A DNA stretch of 32,836 bases. It comes from Spartobacteria bacterium (GTDB taxonomy: Bacteria; Verrucomicrobiota; Verrucomicrobiia; Chthoniobacterales; Chthoniobacteraceae). Where the stretch lies: contig JAYTYG010000296.1 in NCBI GenBank assembly GCA_043742585.1, forward strand, positions 1-32,836, given 5' to 3'. The notes under the pieces are model-generated. The model was not told where the DNA came from. It saw only the letters and a program-made list of their open reading frames with translations, and did no database searches. Position 1 is the first letter of the stretch, and every line of letters starts with the position of its first letter. Below, piece after piece: positions 32,798 through 32,836 of the stretch. The position numbers and the translations under genes were made by a program.

Positions 32798-32836
32798 ACT
32801 TTGCAGGCGTTACTCGCCTGAGTAAAAACGTGTTTT

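Noticed and set aside
1-32836. Defence island, prophage, toxin-antitoxin, secretion or biosynthetic gene cluster
   Set aside because: Every sizeable ORF is either a recognisable housekeeping gene or a single isolated hypothetical. There are no integrase, nuclease, helicase, methylase or toxin-like genes and no compositional break visible by eye.

Overview
GC-rich bacterial chromosomal window densely packed with housekeeping genes. The gene content (system II cytochrome c biogenesis, an MqnD-like futalosine-pathway gene, a DUF3467 protein, a bS22-like micro-protein) and the style of the intergenic repeats suggest a PVC or Verrucomicrobia-like organism; that is inference only. I support 25 protein-coding genes plus one partial CDS at the left edge: nuoA, Dabb protein, glgA, PTS-EIIA(Ntr)-like, argS, MBL hydrolase, prc-like S41 protease, NDP-sugar nucleotidyltransferase, sufT-like, a lipoprotein-ccsB-ccsA operon, recO, DUF3467, sucA-sucB, nadC-birA, a sensor-less histidine kinase, ilvN-ilvC, MqnD-like, a TPR protein, hisG, two hypotheticals, and a 34-aa bS22-like ORF missing from the ORF track. 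I found no rRNA, tRNA, CRISPR, transposase, integrase, phage or recognisable defence genes, and no convincing novel protein-encoded system. At gene level this reads as an ordinary core-genome region. The unusual part is non-coding. Many spacers, including a 990-nt gene-free one at 8205-9194, are mosaics of a small set of short modules. These are tandem oligomers of 7-24 nt, ATGAAT/ATTCAT heptamer arrays forming long inverted arms, a 23-nt core conserved 22/23 between two loci, ACGCC-NNN-GGCGT and CCACTTAACAAAGTGG hairpins, and AACGCAGAG/CTCTGCG pairs. Several arrays begin exactly at or overlap a stop codon (ilvC, DUF3467, birA, argS). All four convergent spacers carry modules, while none of the three divergent promoter-type spacers visibly does, a REP/BIME-like distribution. 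All coordinates and repeat identities were read by eye. No searches or statistics were run.
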